Positions 48,400 through 58,961 of a stretch of 64,000 nucleotides of DNA are shown one piece after another; within the stretch, counting starts at the first letter, position 1, and each line of letters starts with the position of its first letter. The stretch spans positions 1 to 64,000 of the forward strand of contig JAGSHN010000025.1 of the NCBI GenBank assembly GCA_029855935.1, in the 5' to 3' direction. A model generated the notes under the pieces. That model was not told the DNA's origin, did not search any database, and was given only the letters and a program-made list of their open reading frames with translations. A program made the translations under genes and the position numbers. The stretch is from Candidatus Thorarchaeota archaeon (GTDB taxonomy: Archaea > Asgardarchaeota > Thorarchaeia > Thorarchaeales > Thorarchaeaceae).

Positions 48400-48789
48400 C
48401 TATCCCGTCAACAGCTTGCCTATCTCACGGGCATATCTTCTCATCTGGGTGACTGCCAGGCCCATCGATGTGATGTCCTTGGCCGACCCCATAAGCAGGA
48501 AATCGCCTGCGTGCGACAGGACCACAAAACCATTCTTGCCGCGGACAACGACTTCGTAGAGATCGTCGAGTCCCAACTTCTGAGCGGCCATCTCGCCCTG
48601 CACAAGCAGTGCGGCGCTGACGGCAGCCATCAGGTCGGGATCTGCGTCCGAGTCCTCAGTTGCAAAATACGAGAGCTTGACGCCCTGCTTGCTCACGACA
48701 GCGATAGCGTCAAGGTCTGCGATGTCTGTCAGTCCCATCAGAAGCTCTATGAGTTCTTTCTCCTTGGCCGGGTCTAGCTGTATTGACAT
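48400..48789 (-). CDS. Roadblock/LC7 protein
   Basis: AIAVVSKQG...DLMAAVSAALL...EVVVRGKNGFVVL...MGL. Confidence 0.9.
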   Translation of the reverse strand: MSIQLDPAKEKELIELLMGLTDIADLDAIAVVSKQGVKLSYFATEDSDADPDLMAAVSAALLVQGEMAAQKLGLDDLYEVVVRGKNGFVVLSHAGDFLLMGSAKDITSMGLAVTQMRRYAREIGKLLTG

Positions 48790-48893
48790 AGTCCCTTCCT
48801 CTAATGTCCTCTGTTCAGAGCATCACCGCTAAAATAGATTGTTCATCCGTAGTACCGGATGCTGCACTCTTGGAATCGCAGTCACGCGCACAT

Positions 48894-49865
48894 CTATTTG
48901 GCGACCAGCTTCTTGCGCCGGGCCTTGGACTTGGGCTTTGAACCCTCCTCCATCTCTGACTTGAAGAAGCTGATGAGATCGCTGAGACGCTCCTTCATCT
49001 CGGCCTTGATTGGAGTCAGAATTGCGTCCGGAGTGCCTTTGAGGAGCTCTATGCCGAGGACCTTCCCATCCTTCACTATCACCCGGGGAACGAATCCCTC
49101 CGCCATGAAGGTGCCCTCGGGCGGGTCCTTCACCAGCTCCAGTTTGCGCTCTATCTTCTCCTGCCCAAAGATCGAGGTCCTCCGTTCTGTGACCGTGTAG
49201 AGCTGGTTGTAGACTATCAATAGCTCTCGCCTGTAGCCCTCCGGTGGCTCTGTCTGCTCCAGCTCCCGGATCATCTCTTCAATCTCTGCGGGGGTGGCCA
49301 TGCCTGGAGCGGCAGCACGGGCCGAAGCGGCTGGTGCCGCCCTGCGTGGGGGCGGAGCCCTGGCCGCAGAGGTCGTGGGAGCAGGCGCGGGTGCGGCCTT
49401 ACTCGGGGCCGTTGCTGCAGCACTCTTTGGCGGAGGCGGCGGAGGCTTTGCCGCGGACTCGGGCGGAGCCTTTGCCTTCGGCGGAGGCGGCGGACGGGAT
49501 GCGGGTGCTGCCTCAGACTTGCCTGCGCTAGCCTTGGCGGCAGGAGGCTCCGGGGGCTTCTCGCCGGGCTTCAGGACCCTTGTCGCAGCCGTAGTGCCAT
49601 CCAAGGCAGAGAAGAACGTCGGCGGCTCTTCGCCCTCGTCTATGGGTCTGACCTTGAAATGGAAGCCATATTCCGATCTCAGGTTGGTAGCGACTCTTGC
49701 GCCGACAAACCTCTTTCTGATTCCAGCCTGACTGCCCTTCCACAAATAGATGCTCTTGGTCTCATCATCCACCACGCACAGCACCCTGGTGGAGTCGAGA
49801 TCGTCTTTTGAGAGTTCAATCTCCTGAAGAGTTCCGTCCTCGGAGACCTCGTAACCTACGACCAT
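48894..49865 (-). CDS. Asgard gelsolin-domain protein (1DGelX-like) with Pro/Ala-rich linker
   Basis: LDSTRVLCVVDDETKSIYLWKG...IDEGEEPPTF gelsolin signature; two PPPPP tracts; C-terminal domain with basic tail. Confidence 0.85.
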   Translation of the reverse strand: MVVGYEVSEDGTLQEIELSKDDLDSTRVLCVVDDETKSIYLWKGSQAGIRKRFVGARVATNLRSEYGFHFKVRPIDEGEEPPTFFSALDGTTAATRVLKPGEKPPEPPAAKASAGKSEAAPASRPPPPPKAKAPPESAAKPPPPPPKSAAATAPSKAAPAPAPTTSAARAPPPRRAAPAASARAAAPGMATPAEIEEMIRELEQTEPPEGYRRELLIVYNQLYTVTERRTSIFGQEKIERKLELVKDPPEGTFMAEGFVPRVIVKDGKVLGIELLKGTPDAILTPIKAEMKERLSDLISFFKSEMEEGSKPKSKARRKKLVAK

Positions 49866-50169
49866 ATCTATCCACGACCGCCTGTGGACCCCGGATGAAC
49901 TCCGAGGTTAGTACCTAGCAGGTGTTCCACACATATGTCTGTCGTTCAGACTTCAAAAACAACCCTCACCTGAATCCTTTATTACTGTTTGTCCAACGAA
50001 CCACCTGCCCCAGTTCAGACCCAATCTTCGTTGAGGCCACAGTAAGGATATCAGACTCGTTTCTCTCCCTGTCGCATCGTGGGGGTGGAAGTGGAAGATG
50101 AGTCGAAACACCATACACACTATCCTTATCAGCCACGAGAGGAACAAGAAGTGTTGCGAGTGATTTGGG

Positions 50170-51342
50170 ATGAACGAGGATGAAAATCCCCTGTCATTCT
50201 ACGTGAAGCAGTTATCCGAGACGCGACAGCTGTCCATCAGCGAGATAGTTGCGGGCATAGTGGTCTCATTTCTGCTGATGGGGGCGTCCACATTTGGGCT
50301 GCTTTTCTACGTTGCATCTCTGACACCAATCAGCTTTGCAATGGACCAGATCATCAGATACACTCTGTACCTTGTTGTGGGCCTTGCGGCGGCCACTGTC
50401 ATTGGAATTGTCATCTGCTACGTGATGTACAAGAGGCCCCGGACCATCACACCGCTGCTCAAAGTCCACTCGTACCTGAAGAGGGGTACGGGGGAATATT
50501 TTGTCTGCCCAGAGTTAGTCGACCAGTCATGGGACACGGTGATCAAAAGATCGCTCTATGGGTCAATCCTCGTAGTCGGCATTGCCCTCACAATCCTGAG
50601 CTTCGACCTGATGGGGACTGCGACCGAGGGTGACATCCTGCTCTTCGGTACATACGTGATGATAGCGAGTATTGTCGTACTACCTATCACGGTGATGCAG
50701 CTCTATTTCGCCCCGTGGGTGATAAAGGACTCCGGATTGTTCCATCTCGACGTACGCGACAGATCGCTGAGCAATGTTGGCGACGATCTTGAAGACCTGC
50801 TCGAGTTCGTTGCCGGGATTGACATAGTACTTGTATGGATTGAACTGACGATAAACACCGAGCTCTGGGTGGCGCCGTTCGTCATTCTGGTCATGATAGG
50901 GCCGCTGTTCTCCATTATGCTAAACTTCACACTCGTCTTCATGGCCGTCAAGAACCGGGCCGTTCTTGCAATGATCCAGCTGCTCATCGAGAGATATGGC
51001 GTGCCTGACATGGTCAAGTCACCGTCGTACATACGCGGGCGTGTTCTGAGCCTCGTGGAGAGTCGGATGCTGGCGGAGAGGGCGGTTGAGGCCGCGCAGG
51101 CAGCGGCCGCTTCGCTCACACCGACTGGCGAGGCACAAACACCCGTTGAATCGCTGATAGAACAGTACGAGGATGCCCGACGCGAGGTCGCAGAGAGCGG
51201 AGAGCGAGCAATAAGGGATGCACGGGAGAGCCTTGCAGAGAGTGCTGAGGCAAACGAGGAGCAGACCGTCAGAGTACTGAAGAGTAGCACCACACAGGAA
51301 GACGGGGAATCCAGTCCGGACGCTGAAGAGAAGGACCCTTGA
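50170..51342 (+). CDS. Multi-pass membrane protein with acidic C-terminal tail
   Basis: About six hydrophobic segments. Confidence 0.7.
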   Translation: MNEDENPLSFYVKQLSETRQLSISEIVAGIVVSFLLMGASTFGLLFYVASLTPISFAMDQIIRYTLYLVVGLAAATVIGIVICYVMYKRPRTITPLLKVHSYLKRGTGEYFVCPELVDQSWDTVIKRSLYGSILVVGIALTILSFDLMGTATEGDILLFGTYVMIASIVVLPITVMQLYFAPWVIKDSGLFHLDVRDRSLSNVGDDLEDLLEFVAGIDIVLVWIELTINTELWVAPFVILVMIGPLFSIMLNFTLVFMAVKNRAVLAMIQLLIERYGVPDMVKSPSYIRGRVLSLVESRMLAERAVEAAQAAAASLTPTGEAQTPVESLIEQYEDARREVAESGERAIRDARESLAESAEANEEQTVRVLKSSTTQEDGESSPDAEEKDP

Positions 51343-51378
51343 CCCAAGCGACACGGCGGACCGACTTGCCGATTTGAC

Positions 51379-52467
51379 TCAGCAAGTGCTTGTGTGCGGG
51401 CGCGAGGGCGGGATGACCACAGCATCTGAGGGCGCAAACCCGAACCAGACAGGATTGTCCCCTGACGAGCGTAGCGATCGTGCCAGCGAGGAGTCCCTCA
51501 CAATCGCCACCACCTGCTGGGCATCAAGCTGAAGCGTCACTCTGTATGAGCCTAGCTGGGGAACAACACTGCGAACACGTGCCTGAAGCATCTCGCCATC
51601 CTGTTTCTCCAGTGACACTACCACATCTTCGGGCTTGACAGAGAACGCCACGACCTCACCCTCCTCGGCCTCGCCCGCCACTGAGAAGACCGCACTGCCG
51701 ACACTCACCCTGATCGTGCCGTCGGAGGAGCCGACAACCGTCCCCCTGAAGACGTTGCCGCCTCCCAGAAAACGGGCAACAAACTCGTCCGCTGGATGCT
51801 CATAGATGTCCTCAGGGTCGCCGACCTGTACTATGATTCCGTCCCGAAGAATGGCGATCCGGTCCGAGATGGCAAAGGCCTCCTCCTGACTGTGCGTAAC
51901 ATAGATGGTTGTGACATTCAGTCTCCGCTGGATTCGCCGTATCTCCACCTGAAGGCGTTCCCTCAGCTCGGGATCGAGTGCTGAGAGAGGTTCGTCAAGA
52001 AGAAGTAGCTTCGGGTCACGGGCAAGCGCCCTCGCGAGTGCCACACGCTGTGCCTCGCCGCCGCTTATCTGGTCCACCCTTCGTCTGAGAAGGCGCTTTA
52101 TCCGCAGCATCGACGCCAGCTCCTCAACTCGCGCCACTACGTCCTTGTGTTGCCAGCCAGCCATATCCAGTGAGAAGGAGATGTTTTGAAAGACGGTCAT
52201 ATGGGGGAACAGAGCGGTGGACTGAAAGACCATCCCAATGTTACGCTCTCTGGGCGGAATGCTCAGGACTGACTGGCCGTCGAAGAGCAGGTCCCCCGAG
52301 TCTGGGGTGATGAAGCCCGCGATCATCCTGAGGGTCGTCGTCTTGCCTGCGCCCGACGGTCCAAGCAGAGTCACAAACTCACCATCCGCGATAGAAAGGT
52401 CGATGGGACCGATACTCGTCCCGTCTGCAAATACGCGCCTGAGCGCCAGAATGTCGACCCTGACCAT
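51379..52467 (-). CDS. thiQ: ABC transporter ATP-binding protein (thiamine, ThiQ-like)
   Basis: GPSGAGKTT, ISGGEAQR, LLLDEP, TOBE domain; in operon with thiP/thiB. Confidence 0.85.
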   Translation of the reverse strand: MVRVDILALRRVFADGTSIGPIDLSIADGEFVTLLGPSGAGKTTTLRMIAGFITPDSGDLLFDGQSVLSIPPRERNIGMVFQSTALFPHMTVFQNISFSLDMAGWQHKDVVARVEELASMLRIKRLLRRRVDQISGGEAQRVALARALARDPKLLLLDEPLSALDPELRERLQVEIRRIQRRLNVTTIYVTHSQEEAFAISDRIAILRDGIIVQVGDPEDIYEHPADEFVARFLGGGNVFRGTVVGSSDGTIRVSVGSAVFSVAGEAEEGEVVAFSVKPEDVVVSLEKQDGEMLQARVRSVVPQLGSYRVTLQLDAQQVVAIVRDSSLARSLRSSGDNPVWFGFAPSDAVVIPPSRPHTSTC

Positions 52468-54140
52468 CAGATGGTGCCTCCAGCGGACTCGCCCGACACC
52501 CTCTCCATCACGAGGAAGGCGACGAGGCAGACGACCACCAGCACGAGTGCTGCGGCCCCCGCCTCAAGAAACTTTCTCACCGACAGGTATTGATAGATTG
52601 CCACTGCAAGCGTGTAGTTCTGTGGCAGCGCGATGAAGAGCGTCGCGGACATCTCCCCAATCGCCATCGCGAATGCAAAGACACCGCCGACCAAGATTCC
52701 CGGGGCGAGCAGCGGCAGCTCCACGAAGAAGAGCCTTTGAAGGCGAGTGGCACCCAAGATGTCAGCCTGTTCGAGAAGCTCAGGATCGATGTTGCGGCGG
52801 GCAACCTCTATGGCACGGGCACTGAAGGGAAGGCCAATGATCGTCTGTGCAATGACGATGAGAGGCCACGGGGTGATACTGAGGCGCAGCGGAACGGCAA
52901 TGGCTCGCATCAGCCCGTAGGCGATTGTGATTGACGACACACCGAGCGGTAGCAGTGTCATCGCTGTTGCGACGCCGCGCACTCCTGCTCGCTCTGAGAG
53001 CTGGGCATACGCCAGTGGGAGCCCAAGGACCAGAGCAGAGAGAGTCGCTAGGCCAGCGTAGACTACCGAGTTGATCAGCGCCGTGAGGCCCCCGCCCACT
53101 CCAGTGCGCAGCAGATTGGCGAAGCCTTCTGTACTGAACTCCCGCGTCACCGGATCATAGATGGCGCCGAGCACTATCGATGCGATTGGGCCGACCATCA
53201 GAATCAGCAGCAGGATAGCGTATACAGTGACGAGCAAGCGAGCCGACCGCGGGAGCTCCCGGAAAGATACTGTCTTGATTCTTGCCGACCGCCCTCCGTT
53301 CGCCACACCGCCGCTGAGGTACACATATGCGACAGCCAAGACCAGTGTGACGCCAAGCTGTAGCAGGGCCAGTGCACTTGCCTGTCCGTAGTCGAAGTAT
53401 CTGAATGCCGACCAGATCTGGACCTCGATAGTGGAATAGCGCCCCTGGCCGAGGGCCAATACTATCGGGAATGACATAAAACAGAACAGAAACGTGAGGA
53501 CTGCAGAGGCACCAAGCGCCGACCTGATGTGTGGTAGGATGACATAGCGCCACTTCTGCAGCGTAGTGGCCCCGAGAAGTTCAGCCATCTCCTCGACCTC
53601 TGGAGGCAGGGTCTCAAGCGACGAGGAGACCATCAGCGTGACAAGCGGGATATTGTAGAATACGTGAGCGAGGATGATGCCGGTCAGCCCGGTGGAGAGA
53701 TCAAAGACGGAGATGGCGGAACCGCTCATCGCCATCGCCACTGTGTCGATGACACCGTAGGGGCCAAACATACGGAGGAAACCAACAACAACCACAATTG
53801 GCGGCAACACAAAGGGGACAATCATGGCAGCGCGGACTACTCCCTTCCCTGAGAACTCCAGTCTGGCGAGAAGTGCGGCTGCAGGTAGACTCACAGCCAC
53901 AGTGATCACGGTGCTCAAAAGGGCCTGTTGGAGAGTGAAGGCAACAATCCTTTGTGTGACTGGCGAGAGTACCGTTTCTGCGAAGGTGGACCCGGGCCCG
54001 TACAAGAGGCCAGCAATCAGCACGTAGGTGACGGGATACACGACAAAGATCAGGAGGAGGAGTATCGGTGAGGCGATTACAACTGCCGAGAGGACGCTAC
54101 GTCGCCTCACCTCCACTCCGACCTCCGTCAGCATGCTCAA
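52467..54140 (-). CDS. thiP: Thiamine ABC transporter permease
   Basis: Duplicated permease with two EAA-like loops; PFVLP, AHVFYN. Confidence 0.85.
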   Translation of the reverse strand: MSMLTEVGVEVRRRSVLSAVVIASPILLLLIFVVYPVTYVLIAGLLYGPGSTFAETVLSPVTQRIVAFTLQQALLSTVITVAVSLPAAALLARLEFSGKGVVRAAMIVPFVLPPIVVVVGFLRMFGPYGVIDTVAMAMSGSAISVFDLSTGLTGIILAHVFYNIPLVTLMVSSSLETLPPEVEEMAELLGATTLQKWRYVILPHIRSALGASAVLTFLFCFMSFPIVLALGQGRYSTIEVQIWSAFRYFDYGQASALALLQLGVTLVLAVAYVYLSGGVANGGRSARIKTVSFRELPRSARLLVTVYAILLLILMVGPIASIVLGAIYDPVTREFSTEGFANLLRTGVGGGLTALINSVVYAGLATLSALVLGLPLAYAQLSERAGVRGVATAMTLLPLGVSSITIAYGLMRAIAVPLRLSITPWPLIVIAQTIIGLPFSARAIEVARRNIDPELLEQADILGATRLQRLFFVELPLLAPGILVGGVFAFAMAIGEMSATLFIALPQNYTLAVAIYQYLSVRKFLEAGAAALVLVVVCLVAFLVMERVSGESAGGTI

Positions 54141-55261
54141 CCAGTCATTATGGCATCGTATTGGTCCAACCAGTCAGTGAGGTTGGCCTGTATCAGTGAC
54201 CTGTCAAGCAGTGTGTTCAGGGGCGCCACGTCGTCGGGATGTACGGCATACTGGTAGGCGTCGGGCAGAGTTGTGGAGGACGCCGCAGGGAACATCCACT
54301 GATTGAGGGCGATATGACTCTGCACCGCATCCGTGAGACAATAGTCGATGAAGGCCTTGGCGATGTCAGGATGCGGTCCGTTCTTGACAAGTCCAATGCC
54401 CTCTACCTGTAGCCACGCATAGTCAGCGTCATTGTAGTGGAACAGGGCAATGGCTGTGTGTGGAGCGGTTCCCGAGTAGTAGGCCGAATATGCCGGGTCC
54501 GTTCCATAGCTGACCATTATGTTCCGTGTCGGATCCTCGCTCCACTTCGACCACGCCTCCGACCACCCCTCCTGGACATCGATCTTATCACGCACCTGGT
54601 ACCACCAGTCGCGCCAGTCCTGACTCAGGATGGAATGATAGACAGCAACCTCGCTGAGGAAGAAGGCCAGTCCGGGGCTGCTCAGGCGAGGATTCTCAAT
54701 GACGAGCGAGGACGCGAGCGCGGGCTGGGCGAGATCGGCAAACGTGAGGTTGCCCAGCTCGGGGTTTGTGGTCTCGTTGATGAGGTTCCGTTCGTAGATG
54801 AGTGCCACTACTCCATAGTCAAACGGTGTCAGATAGTGGTCGGGGTCGAGAATGTTCACGAGCTCGGATGACACTAGGTCAAGGTTGGATGGAGTATAGG
54901 GAGTGAGTACCTGCCTCGCCTGCTCCTGCAGAATCAGTATGTTGTCAATTCCAATCACAACGTCAGCAATCGGATTCTCAGCCTCTGCGACCAACCGCGA
55001 GACAATCCCGCTCGCGTCGGTATTGAGGCGCACAATCTCTATGTCAACGCCATACTGCTGTTCGAAGGGGCCAAAGACCACATCATCGATGGTGTCAGGG
55101 TTGTCACCCCACATGAGCAGGCTGTCATAGGTGTAGACATAGATCTTGGGCTTCGGAGTCGCAAAGAAGGCAAAGGCTGCGACGACTATCGCAACGACGA
55201 CGACCAGTGCGAGTACAATCTTCCGTGGGTCTCTGCGACGGGGGTACTCGTCCATCATCAA
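54137..55261 (-). CDS. thiB: Thiamine ABC transporter substrate-binding protein
   Basis: VYTYDS, ADVVIGIDN, SSPGLAF, WSEAW, SYGTDPAY, QVEG, QWMFP. Confidence 0.9.
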   Translation of the reverse strand: MMMDEYPRRRDPRKIVLALVVVVAIVVAAFAFFATPKPKIYVYTYDSLLMWGDNPDTIDDVVFGPFEQQYGVDIEIVRLNTDASGIVSRLVAEAENPIADVVIGIDNILILQEQARQVLTPYTPSNLDLVSSELVNILDPDHYLTPFDYGVVALIYERNLINETTNPELGNLTFADLAQPALASSLVIENPRLSSPGLAFFLSEVAVYHSILSQDWRDWWYQVRDKIDVQEGWSEAWSKWSEDPTRNIMVSYGTDPAYSAYYSGTAPHTAIALFHYNDADYAWLQVEGIGLVKNGPHPDIAKAFIDYCLTDAVQSHIALNQWMFPAASSTTLPDAYQYAVHPDDVAPLNTLLDRSLIQANLTDWLDQYDAIMTG

Positions 55262-55268
55262 TCACCTT

Positions 55269-55301
55269 ATATCTTAGTTATACAACCGAGTTATCGATAA
55301 C
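55269..55301. promoter_or_regulatory. Candidate ThiR operator
   Basis: Tandem 13-bp near-palindromes ATATC-TTA-GTTAT and ACAAC-CGA-GTTAT, plus perfect GTTATCGATAAC, between divergent thiB and thiR. Confidence 0.6.
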
Positions 55302-55337
55302 AAGGCAGATAAATACATTACTGTACGTGGGACAACG

Positions 55338-56270
55338 ATGAGACCACCCTGTGAGATAGTCCAGAAGGAGTACCTGCCGGCAGTCAGGTCGATGCTCGCC
55401 ATCGCGCTTCACGAGCGAGGGATGTCTCAGAGCCGGGTTGCAGAGCAACTAGAGATCACGCAGGCGGCGGTCAGTAAGTACTTCAGTAGCCCGATCTTGC
55501 CAATGATTGGAAGAGATGCAATAGAGCACTTGGTGGATGACCTCGTCGACAGCATAGTGAGGGGCGAGGCCACAAGTGATCAGATGGTCCAGGCCTTGTG
55601 CTCGACCTGCATGATGCTGCGTGTAGGAGGTGACATCTGCCGCAGACACCGCGAGGTCGTCAACTCGCTTGAGAGAACAGAATGCACAATCTGCACACAT
55701 CTGCTCGGTGGTGAGGGACCCCTGAGGGGTCGTACTCAGGTCCTTATGGAGATGGAGAAGGCTGTACAGACGATAGAGCAGTGCAGAGAATTCGTGAGAC
55801 TGCTCCCCGAGGTGAGAGCAAGCCTCGTCGCGTGTTCTGAGAACGCTACCACGCCGGATGAGGTCGCCGGCGTACCGGGGCGAATAACCGACGTGGGAGG
55901 ACTTCCACGCGCGCCGGCTAGACCCGCGTTTGGGGCGTCACGGCACACAGCGGAGATACTGTTGAGGGTGAAAGAGAACCTCCCACAGGTACGTGCGTGT
56001 ATGTGCGTAGCAGCCGATGACGAGATCATCAATCTCGTGAAACGAGCGGGCTACAGAACATCTCTGCTCGACAGGCCAACCGGAGATGCTGATGAGATTG
56101 GCCGGGCCGCTGGCGACGTTCTGAGAGGGACACGAGCCAAGAAACTGGCTGTGCAGGTCCCTGGTGGGATGGGGATCGAGCCTGTTCTCTACCTCTTTGG
56201 AGAGTCACCCCAGACACTCGCTACGGACTGCGTGAGAATCGCCAAGTTGCTGGCCGAAGACCAACAATGA
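55338..56270 (+). CDS. thiR: ThiR-type regulator (HTH plus ThiN-like domain)
   Basis: MRPPCE...MSQSRVAEQLEITQAAVSKY; LLPEVR, GVPGRI, FGASRH, GIEPVLY. Confidence 0.85.
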   Translation: MRPPCEIVQKEYLPAVRSMLAIALHERGMSQSRVAEQLEITQAAVSKYFSSPILPMIGRDAIEHLVDDLVDSIVRGEATSDQMVQALCSTCMMLRVGGDICRRHREVVNSLERTECTICTHLLGGEGPLRGRTQVLMEMEKAVQTIEQCREFVRLLPEVRASLVACSENATTPDEVAGVPGRITDVGGLPRAPARPAFGASRHTAEILLRVKENLPQVRACMCVAADDEIINLVKRAGYRTSLLDRPTGDADEIGRAAGDVLRGTRAKKLAVQVPGGMGIEPVLYLFGESPQTLATDCVRIAKLLAEDQQ

Positions 56271-56743
56271 GGGGCTCCCTCTCGGCGTTATGTGCAGGAA
56301 TGACTCTCGCACGAAGGGCGTGTATCGCACAGCTTTGATTATCAATCTGCGAAGCCACTGTTTCTTTGAGGACATGAGGCGAAACAGGTCGCACCGGTAC
56401 AATTCTGTAGCGTCGTTCTCAACAACTGCTCCAGCTCAGGCGCTGGACACCTCGCATATCCACTGCGAAAAGCAGTCCAGAGTTCGCACAGTAGGCTTCA
56501 ATTTCGTGCAGTGAGAACAATGACGGCATGGACATCTCAGAGCTTGGGGTCTGAACGCTTCTCATGCAATGCCGGTTACTCTCGATGGAGCATCATCCAC
56601 ATTTGGATTAGCTAGTAGCGGAGAACATACGCGAGATGCTCCAGATGCTTGAGTCTGCGTGGGATAAACAGGATATTTAATAAGATGCGTGTGGAGGAAA
56701 GGGCAGAGGTGAAGACATACCAAGCGCCCGGAGGAGTCGCTCT

Positions 56744-57139
56744 ATGCCGGAGGAGCAAAAGAAGGAAATCATCTTTGAATACGTGACCGGACCCGACTAC
56801 AGGGAGTTCTACGTGAACGGGGCGCGAGGGGGCATCCAAAGCGCATATCACTTGAGGATGGAATTCTACGTAGAGAAGCTGCGCATGCCCTTTACCAAGG
56901 AGAAACTTGAGGTGCTTCCTGACGGCACACAAAGGCGTGTTCCGCTTGATGGGGAGGACAAGAAAGTTGTCGAACGTGAGTTCAAAGTTGGGATTATGAT
57001 GCCCTTCTACGCGGTAAAAGAACTGTTCCGCTGGCTCAGTCAGCGCCTCCCGGAGATAGAGGCGATCGAGAAGGAAGCACTAGCCAACCCTCCGGCTTCC
57101 ACGAATCCGCCAGAAGAGGCAAAGAGGGATGATGAGTGA
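56744..57139 (+). CDS. Hypothetical protein
   Basis: SD GGAGGAG; YVNGARGG...EFYVE...VEREFKVGI. Confidence 0.65.
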   Translation: MPEEQKKEIIFEYVTGPDYREFYVNGARGGIQSAYHLRMEFYVEKLRMPFTKEKLEVLPDGTQRRVPLDGEDKKVVEREFKVGIMMPFYAVKELFRWLSQRLPEIEAIEKEALANPPASTNPPEEAKRDDE

Positions 57140-57576
57140 TGCTTCAAGACCCCGAGAGCATACTGACTAGGTATCCCGAAACATCCACCGACGAGTCGGT
57201 ACCATTTATTTACGAACTTGAAACGACTGGCGATCAAGTCATACTACTCGTCCGGGCTTCAGAGGCTTCGACGACGTCAATTCCCGCAGGACTGACGACC
57301 TTCGATGTTTCGGTGCTCCGTGAAGTTGCTCGGCTCAGACGTGAAGTGGAAACGATCAAGGGCCTGATTATTCATGAGCTTGATGAGATGCCGAAAGAGG
57401 AGCTAAAGGAGGTCATTCTCAAGCATGTGCAAGAGCATGGGGCGTTTTGGCCTGACGAGCTGGCCGATGAACTGAATCTAGACCCGTTCGACGTAATAGA
57501 TGCCTGCGAGGAGCTTGTGAACGAGGGGCGGTTGAAACCGCTGAACCCGGAGGAGGTGCCACGCGCGGATGAGTAA
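57136..57576 (+). CDS. Hypothetical protein with C-terminal winged helix (antitoxin/regulator-like)
   Basis: GTGA overlap with the upstream gene; WPDELADELNLDPFDVIDACEELVNEGRL. Confidence 0.6.
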   Translation: MMLQDPESILTRYPETSTDESVPFIYELETTGDQVILLVRASEASTTSIPAGLTTFDVSVLREVARLRREVETIKGLIIHELDEMPKEELKEVILKHVQEHGAFWPDELADELNLDPFDVIDACEELVNEGRLKPLNPEEVPRADE

Positions 57577-58138
57577 GCCGGGCGATGTGATTACGGCTAA
57601 AGAAGCCATCGTAAAGTATCGCGAATCCTCGCCACCACAGATACCGAAGTCTGCGCCTACGCCCGCATACGAGTGGGTGATATTCAAGCACAACGTCAGA
57701 ATCAGGACTGTTAGGCCTTACGGCGAAACGGATTGATGACGAATGTACCACACGAGGGACTACGGTCCTTACGAGGCAGTCAAGAGCCAGTATCGTAAGA
57801 AACGCCGTGTGCGTCTCATTGGCAAGCGAGGGACTCACCCATATCTTGAGGCTAGGTTGATTGACGCGTTGATCATTGTAGAGCGTGTTCGTCCCTACGA
57901 TAAGACCTGACGGGAAGGCCCGAAGTAGGGAGAACATAGAATCACACTTGCGAGAATAGCAACGTGAGAGAACAGTGTTCACCTCGGGCCCTCTGCGTCG
58001 TAGAAGGGACTATTCGTTCGGTCTGCATATCAGTACAACACTTCGCAACGGAGCGTGTGTGCTTGGCTTATCGAGGTTCTGTCCTGCCGTTTTCCCGGGG
58101 GAAGTCTTTTTACCGACCCATCAGGATGATGTGTAAGA

Positions 58139-58639
58139 ATGCCTGATGAACCAGCGTCTGATGATTCAGAGTTGAAATGCAAGGAACTACTACGTCTAGT
58201 GGACCTTTACATAGATAGAATCAAGAGCGAGTATCAAGAGAGAGCGCAAGCTAGGCTCTCAGGAATGGCCGTCTTGTACGGACTCTTTTTCGTTCTTGCA
58301 AATGCATTGGTAGGACTGCTGAAACTAATCATTGATACTGGCCTGCAATTTGTGTGGGAGTTCTACCTCTTGCTGTTCATGTTCTCCCTGAGTCACTCAA
58401 TAGTCGGAGGTCTAATAGTCTTCGAGTCGTTCATAGCAGGATACTCCAGAGCATTTAGGTTGGGCATGGTAATAGTGTTGATTTCAGTTCCGCAGCTCTT
58501 TCTCTATGTCTTCGGATTGCTGCTCGGGATTGATAGACCCCTAGCTACGGCGAGTCTCTTCCTAAACTCCGCTATGAGTGTGCTCGTTGCACGTCGCTGG
58601 GGCGCACCGAGAGATTTCGTCAGTGATTCGTACCCGTGA
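58139..58639 (+). CDS. Hypothetical membrane protein (about 4 TM)
   Basis: Four hydrophobic segments. Confidence 0.55.
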   Translation: MPDEPASDDSELKCKELLRLVDLYIDRIKSEYQERAQARLSGMAVLYGLFFVLANALVGLLKLIIDTGLQFVWEFYLLLFMFSLSHSIVGGLIVFESFIAGYSRAFRLGMVIVLISVPQLFLYVFGLLLGIDRPLATASLFLNSAMSVLVARRWGAPRDFVSDSYP

Positions 58640-58961
58640 CTTGGACACATCACCATACCATCCAACCCCCTGCCCTATCCGCCCCAACCACCATCCATAC
58701 AATCCACCCGTCCCCTCCAGCCATTCTTCTCCCGTCCAGATGTCCGAACTTGTTTGCCTGCTCTGCCCCCTCCGGACTGGTTCGGGATGGCGCGGAGGGC
58801 GATTCTGACTCAAAGTTTGTGGCCGCCTATTCCTCACTCCGAGGGGAAGATGCATAGAAGTATCAGCGGGGCACAGAATCTCTCCACCGAGGCGATGGTG
58901 GCAGCATTCTCAGAACACCGTGTTACACACCCTTATTTCCAGTTCTCCGGAACTCGAGATT

